DNA of 64,000 bases, from positions 281,449 to 345,448 of the forward strand of contig OY764147.1 of assembly GCA_963668115.1 (NCBI GenBank), read 5' to 3'. The DNA is from Dehalococcoidia bacterium (GTDB taxonomy: Bacteria; Chloroflexota; Dehalococcoidia; Plut-88900). Below, one piece after another: positions 60,209-64,000 of the stretch (its first letter is position 1; the number at the start of each line of letters is the position of its first letter). Below the pieces are notes generated by a model that did not search any database, was not told where the DNA came from, and saw nothing but the letters and a program-made list of their open reading frames with translations. The position numbers were made by a program, and so were the translations under genes.

Positions 60209-61312
60209 ATGGAGTACCGGAAAATCATGATAGTTTCAATGCTCGGCAGGCGGTGGCTGTGGGTCGTCTCTCTGACAGCTTTGCTGATCCTGGCAGTCGC
60301 CGCGTGCGGGTCCGGTCCTACGGCTACGCCGGAACCGACGGCCACTCCAGCGCCACCCCCGACGCCTACACCGGTTCCCCCTGCCCCAACCAACACGCCG
60401 GAGCCGGAGGAAGAGCCTGCGGCGATGAACCCGCTGGAGAAGCTGGTAATCACCCCGGCGACCACGGGAAGGGACCTGTTTGGCGTGCTCTCCGAGGAGG
60501 AGACGGCCTGCATCGAGGCGGCGATTGGGGAAGCGTTCTTCGGGATGATGATGGATGCGCCGTTGATGCAGGCGACTGCGAACGTGGGAACGGCGGCGCC
60601 CATATTCGGGTGCATAGAGGAAGACAATCTGATACTGCTCGGGGTGGCGTTCATGGAAGCGCAGGGAGGCGGATGGGAAGAATCGACGCGACAGTGCATC
60701 ACGGAGTGGGGAAGGGAGCACCCGGACGCCATATTCCTGAGGCTCGGGCTGTCCTACCAGGGAGAGACTACTATCGACCCGAGTGAAACGAACGAATACA
60801 GCATAGCAATCTACCAGTGCAAGACGAACGAGGAGAAAAGGGACTTTACGTTGAGCCTGTGGGTCGGGGTGGACAGGAACGCCACGGCCACGGGGGCGGA
60901 CATCGTGGGTCTCTTATCGGAGGCCGAGCTGGCCTGCGTGATGGAAGACCTGTCCGATGAGGAGATGGCGGCGGTAGCCGCTGCCCAGCCGCTGGAGGCG
61001 GTAACTATCGCCAACAGGGTGCAGCACTGCATAGAGCCGGAGACCGATGTCGAGATCTTCGTGAAGGGGCTTGAGTGGGGTCTCGGGGAGTTCAGCGAGA
61101 ACTCGAAGGACTGTCTCAAGGCATTTGTCATAGAGAATCCGCAGTACATGGAGCTTGTCCGGTCGGGTATAGAGAACATGAGCACAATGGATGCGGACGA
61201 GTTCGTTGCGATCACGGACGCGGGCCTGGGGCCGTACGGCTGCATGACGGATGACGAGATACAGAGGATGCAGATGGCCTTTAACGAAGCGGTTGCCACT
61301 GCCGCGCAGTAG
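60209..61312 (+). CDS. Hypothetical lipoprotein with Pro/Thr linker and Cys-containing internal repeat
   Basis: Lipobox VAAC, PTATP repeats, duplicated TG.D..G.LSE.E.AC segment; start uncertain. Confidence 0.7.
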   Translation: MEYRKIMIVSMLGRRWLWVVSLTALLILAVAACGSGPTATPEPTATPAPPPTPTPVPPAPTNTPEPEEEPAAMNPLEKLVITPATTGRDLFGVLSEEETACIEAAIGEAFFGMMMDAPLMQATANVGTAAPIFGCIEEDNLILLGVAFMEAQGGGWEESTRQCITEWGREHPDAIFLRLGLSYQGETTIDPSETNEYSIAIYQCKTNEEKRDFTLSLWVGVDRNATATGADIVGLLSEAELACVMEDLSDEEMAAVAAAQPLEAVTIANRVQHCIEPETDVEIFVKGLEWGLGEFSENSKDCLKAFVIENPQYMELVRSGIENMSTMDADEFVAITDAGLGPYGCMTDDEIQRMQMAFNEAVATAAQ

Positions 61313-61350
61313 AAGCTCCGCGTTCAAGCGGACATTCGATATCGAAACAG

Positions 61351-61382
61351 GAGAATCCGGCCTCCCCGGGGGCCGGATTCTC
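61351..61382. terminator. Strong hairpin after the lipoprotein gene
   Basis: gagaatccggcc tccccggg ggccggattctc; no U-tract. Confidence 0.5.
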
Positions 61383-61456
61383 GCGAGGCGAATGCAGGGG
61401 TAGAATCATAAACGGGGTACGGGGCAAGGAATTACGGTCCCATCCAAGGAGGGAAC

Positions 61457-62263
61457 ATGGCCAGCGATAGAGTCAAAGAGACCATAGAGGTGGCGAAGAG
61501 GGAGTTTGCACGGCTGGAGGGCCGGCTGCGGGGGTTGTCCGCCGAGGACTTCAACCGGGGGAGCGCGTGTGACAAGTGGCAGGTGGGGGACGTGGTGGCA
61601 CACGTAGTGTTCGTGGTGCAGTTCCAGAAGAACATGACGACACGGGGTTTGAAGGGGGAGGCTGATGCGCCGGAAGGGGCGCGACGCCCGGAGAATGCGG
61701 ATGTGCCCGCGGACGTGAGGATAGCCCAAGGCGCTATCAGGCTGAGGGAAAAGCTCGGGGGTGGGCTGCTGGATGCTCTTCGGAAGAACTACCAGGAAGG
61801 GTTTGAACTACTGGACTCGCTGACGCCCGAGGATTACGAGAAGCCGTGCTGGCACCCGTGGGGGCCTATGACGGTGGCGGACTTCGTGGACCTGGTGGTG
61901 AATGAGCTGGCCCTTCACGGGTGGGACGCGTTTTCCACGCTGGACCCCGACTACCGCATGGCGCCGGAGTCGCTGCCGGCGGCGCTGGCTATCGGGAACA
62001 TGACGCTGGCACGGATGGCGTCGACGGGGCCTGCCCGGTTCAGGTTCGAGCTTACTGATGGGAACGAGGCGCCGGACCTGGTAGTCGGGGGTGACGCGGC
62101 TCCCGCTGTGCCGAGTGCGACACTACGGTGTGACGGAGAGGCGTTGGTGTTAATCAGCAGTGGCCGGCTGGGGATGGAGGATGCGGTGGAGTCGGGGCGG
62201 GTGGAGGTGTCGGGGGACGAGGGATTGGTGAGGGAGCTGGGTCGGGGGTTGGGGGGGTTGTAG
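61457..62263 (+). CDS. MDMPI/DinB-like (maleylpyruvate isomerase N-terminal) protein with SCP2-like C-terminus
   Basis: CDKWQVGDVVAH, ELALHGWD, GRVEVSGD. Confidence 0.78.
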   Translation: MASDRVKETIEVAKREFARLEGRLRGLSAEDFNRGSACDKWQVGDVVAHVVFVVQFQKNMTTRGLKGEADAPEGARRPENADVPADVRIAQGAIRLREKLGGGLLDALRKNYQEGFELLDSLTPEDYEKPCWHPWGPMTVADFVDLVVNELALHGWDAFSTLDPDYRMAPESLPAALAIGNMTLARMASTGPARFRFELTDGNEAPDLVVGGDAAPAVPSATLRCDGEALVLISSGRLGMEDAVESGRVEVSGDEGLVRELGRGLGGL

Positions 62264-62275
62264 TCGGGGGTGGGG

Positions 62276-63271
62276 TTAGTTTGCTTGCAGGTCCTTTGGG
62301 GTAAGCCCATACAGAGCCTTGTTGGCCGCGCAATGCTCCCTTACTTTATCAATCCACAGATCATACCAATACCAAGCTTTCTCGACCTTCACACCGTATC
62401 CTCTTCCGGGATTTTTCGCATCTAACTCCTTCCAGAGAAGAGTGTGTTGATAAATACCAAAGTCCTTATAGCCTTCTTCTTGCATTAGCTCAACCACTCT
62501 AGTTGGTAGGTATTTCTTACGCTCAACCTCCTTCTGCACCCAGTAGTCCTTGTCTATTTTTTGAGCAAGGTCAGTGTCAGAGCCGATGAACTCAATGGCC
62601 TTGTCCGCTTTGGAAGCTTTAGAAGTCAGCTTCCTTACGAAAAGAAGACGATACGAGAAATGAGGGTGCTGAAAATCTTCCGGACTTAGCTCAGCGTCGA
62701 ATTGTCTAATGTATCTCGCTACATTTGAAGGCAGCGATGTAAAGGTATCGTCCGTGCCAGTTGGCGAGGTCAAGTCCCGTAGTTGAAGCGAATATGTCAT
62801 GTTCTTCGCAATGCTATAGCGGTTACCAAAAAGACGTTTAATCTCCCGATCATAGTTCAGAATACAAGCCAGATATCTGCCGGTAAACGCTTCATCTACA
62901 CCAGCTGAGCGATGATGTTCGATCTCATCTCTCAGTCCGATTAGGAAATGTAGATTGCTTTTGGTTGGCCCATCAAGGGGACAGGATTTCTCGTTTAGGC
63001 ATCTCCTCAATTCCCAATATTTGAACGTCCCAGATTTTGTCCGACTAAATTTACGCCTCTGTGGACCCTCAACATAGTATCTGTACTCGACTCCCTTTTG
63101 CCTGTAATGGGCATGCAACAAATATGTCCATGCAATCGTCATCAAGACAATGAATGTTTCTGTTTTGAATGTTGTTAGTGGATTGTTGAACGTTTGGACA
63201 GCATTAAGGGCCGCTTCCCGAGACTTAGAAAGCAGTGCCCTTTTCACCCAAGGGCCACGAGTTTTTTGCAC
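62276..63271 (-). CDS. DUF3644-like protein with HEPN-type Rx4H motif
   Basis: FNNP..FKTETF..IAWTYLLHA, LRDEIEH; markedly AT-richer than flanks. Confidence 0.65.
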   Translation of the reverse strand: MQKTRGPWVKRALLSKSREAALNAVQTFNNPLTTFKTETFIVLMTIAWTYLLHAHYRQKGVEYRYYVEGPQRRKFSRTKSGTFKYWELRRCLNEKSCPLDGPTKSNLHFLIGLRDEIEHHRSAGVDEAFTGRYLACILNYDREIKRLFGNRYSIAKNMTYSLQLRDLTSPTGTDDTFTSLPSNVARYIRQFDAELSPEDFQHPHFSYRLLFVRKLTSKASKADKAIEFIGSDTDLAQKIDKDYWVQKEVERKKYLPTRVVELMQEEGYKDFGIYQHTLLWKELDAKNPGRGYGVKVEKAWYWYDLWIDKVREHCAANKALYGLTPKDLQAN

Positions 63272-63415
63272 AGTTCTCTAAACCTCCCTGCCTCAAACAA
63301 CCTTGATTTGAACAGCTGCTGAATTTTCCTTGAGATATTGTAACTGCTAATAATACGCGACAGTTTCCGAGTGGAGTCCCAATGTAGGAGTATGACTTCC
63401 GGTCAGAAGCGTGTG

Positions 63416-64000
63416 TCAGTTGGCGTGGGCCATGGAGACGGGGGCGGGGCCGATTTTGTTGTAGCAGTCCAGGGCGGCGACTTTGTAGCACTCGGCGAGG
63501 GTGGGGTAGTTGAAGACGGTGTTGACGAAGTAGTCCAGGGTGCCGCCGAAGGCGAGGACGGCCTGGCCGATGTGGATGAGCTCGGCGGCTTCGGCGCCGA
63601 TGATGTGGATGCCCAGCAGTTTCCGGTTGTCCCTGTGGAAGAGCAGTTTCAGCATGCCGGAGTCGTCGCCGAGGATGTTGCCACGGGCTATTTCACGGTA
63701 CCTGGCAAGGCCCACCTCGTAGGGGACGCCGGCCTCGGTCAAGGTTTGCTCGGTGCCTCCGACCATGGACAGCTCGGGGACGGAGTAGATGCCGAAAGGG
63801 AATTGGTCGGGGGAGGAGTGGTACTCGATGCCAAAAGCGTGGCAGGCGGCGGTCCGGCCCTGCTCCATGGAGGTAGAGGCCAGGGATGGGAACCCGACAA
63901 CGTCGCCGACGGCGTAGACGTGGGGCTGGGCGGTCCGGTAATTTTCATCTACGGGTATGCGGCCTTTCTTGTCGGTGGTGATACCCGCGGACTCGAGATT
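63416..64000 (-). CDS. sthA: Soluble pyridine nucleotide transhydrogenase, C-terminal part
   Basis: VYAVGDVVGFPSLASTSMEQGR, GIYSVPE, FNYPTLAECYKVAA; truncated by the window edge. Confidence 0.88.
   Translation of the reverse strand, partial: NLESAGITTDKKGRIPVDENYRTAQPHVYAVGDVVGFPSLASTSMEQGRTAACHAFGIEYHSSPDQFPFGIYSVPELSMVGGTEQTLTEAGVPYEVGLARYREIARGNILGDDSGMLKLLFHRDNRKLLGIHIIGAEAAELIHIGQAVLAFGGTLDYFVNTVFNYPTLAECYKVAALDCYNKIGPAPVSMAHAN

Overview
GC-rich bacterial chromosomal window, most likely Chloroflexota/Dehalococcoidia (SAR202-like; inferred from the short EF-Ts, TGS-less ThrRS and tandem paralogs of amidohydrolases, SDRs and enoyl-CoA hydratases alongside an LLM monooxygenase and a CoA-transferase). 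It carries housekeeping clusters (rpsB-tsf-pyrH-frr-uppS-cdsA-dxr-rseP...ispG-proS; acpS-nnr-vapBC-coaX-coaBC; metF/folD; aspS-tig-clpP-clpX; dprA-topA-xerC-aroQ-pepQ-efp; thrS; tRNA-Ser) interleaved with catabolic genes. The main unexplained signal lies in three large intergenic regions (about 3.86-4.54 kb, 18.78-19.34 kb, 55.46-56.33 kb). Each holds a member of what looks like one family of stand-alone, large (about 500-850 nt) structured non-coding RNAs on the minus strand. Each has its own near-consensus sigma70 promoter, a long-range closing helix (UGGA..GUCC / GGACCU(U)CCA), co-varying internal hairpins and a shared UGCCCCA motif that can form a pseudoknot in copies 2 and 3; that module is tandemly duplicated in copy 3. 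I do not recognise the family. The RNAs sit in mosaics of REP-like palindromes that carry 22-24 nt inserts at a fixed site, and two of them lie next to an iteron-like TTGATTGAAC element. Also notable: a XerC with a duplicated core-binding domain, a REP element inside the cdsA reading frame, a DddP-like M24 enzyme and a low-GC HEPN/DUF3644-like gene. All calls come from reading the sequence; no database searches were run.
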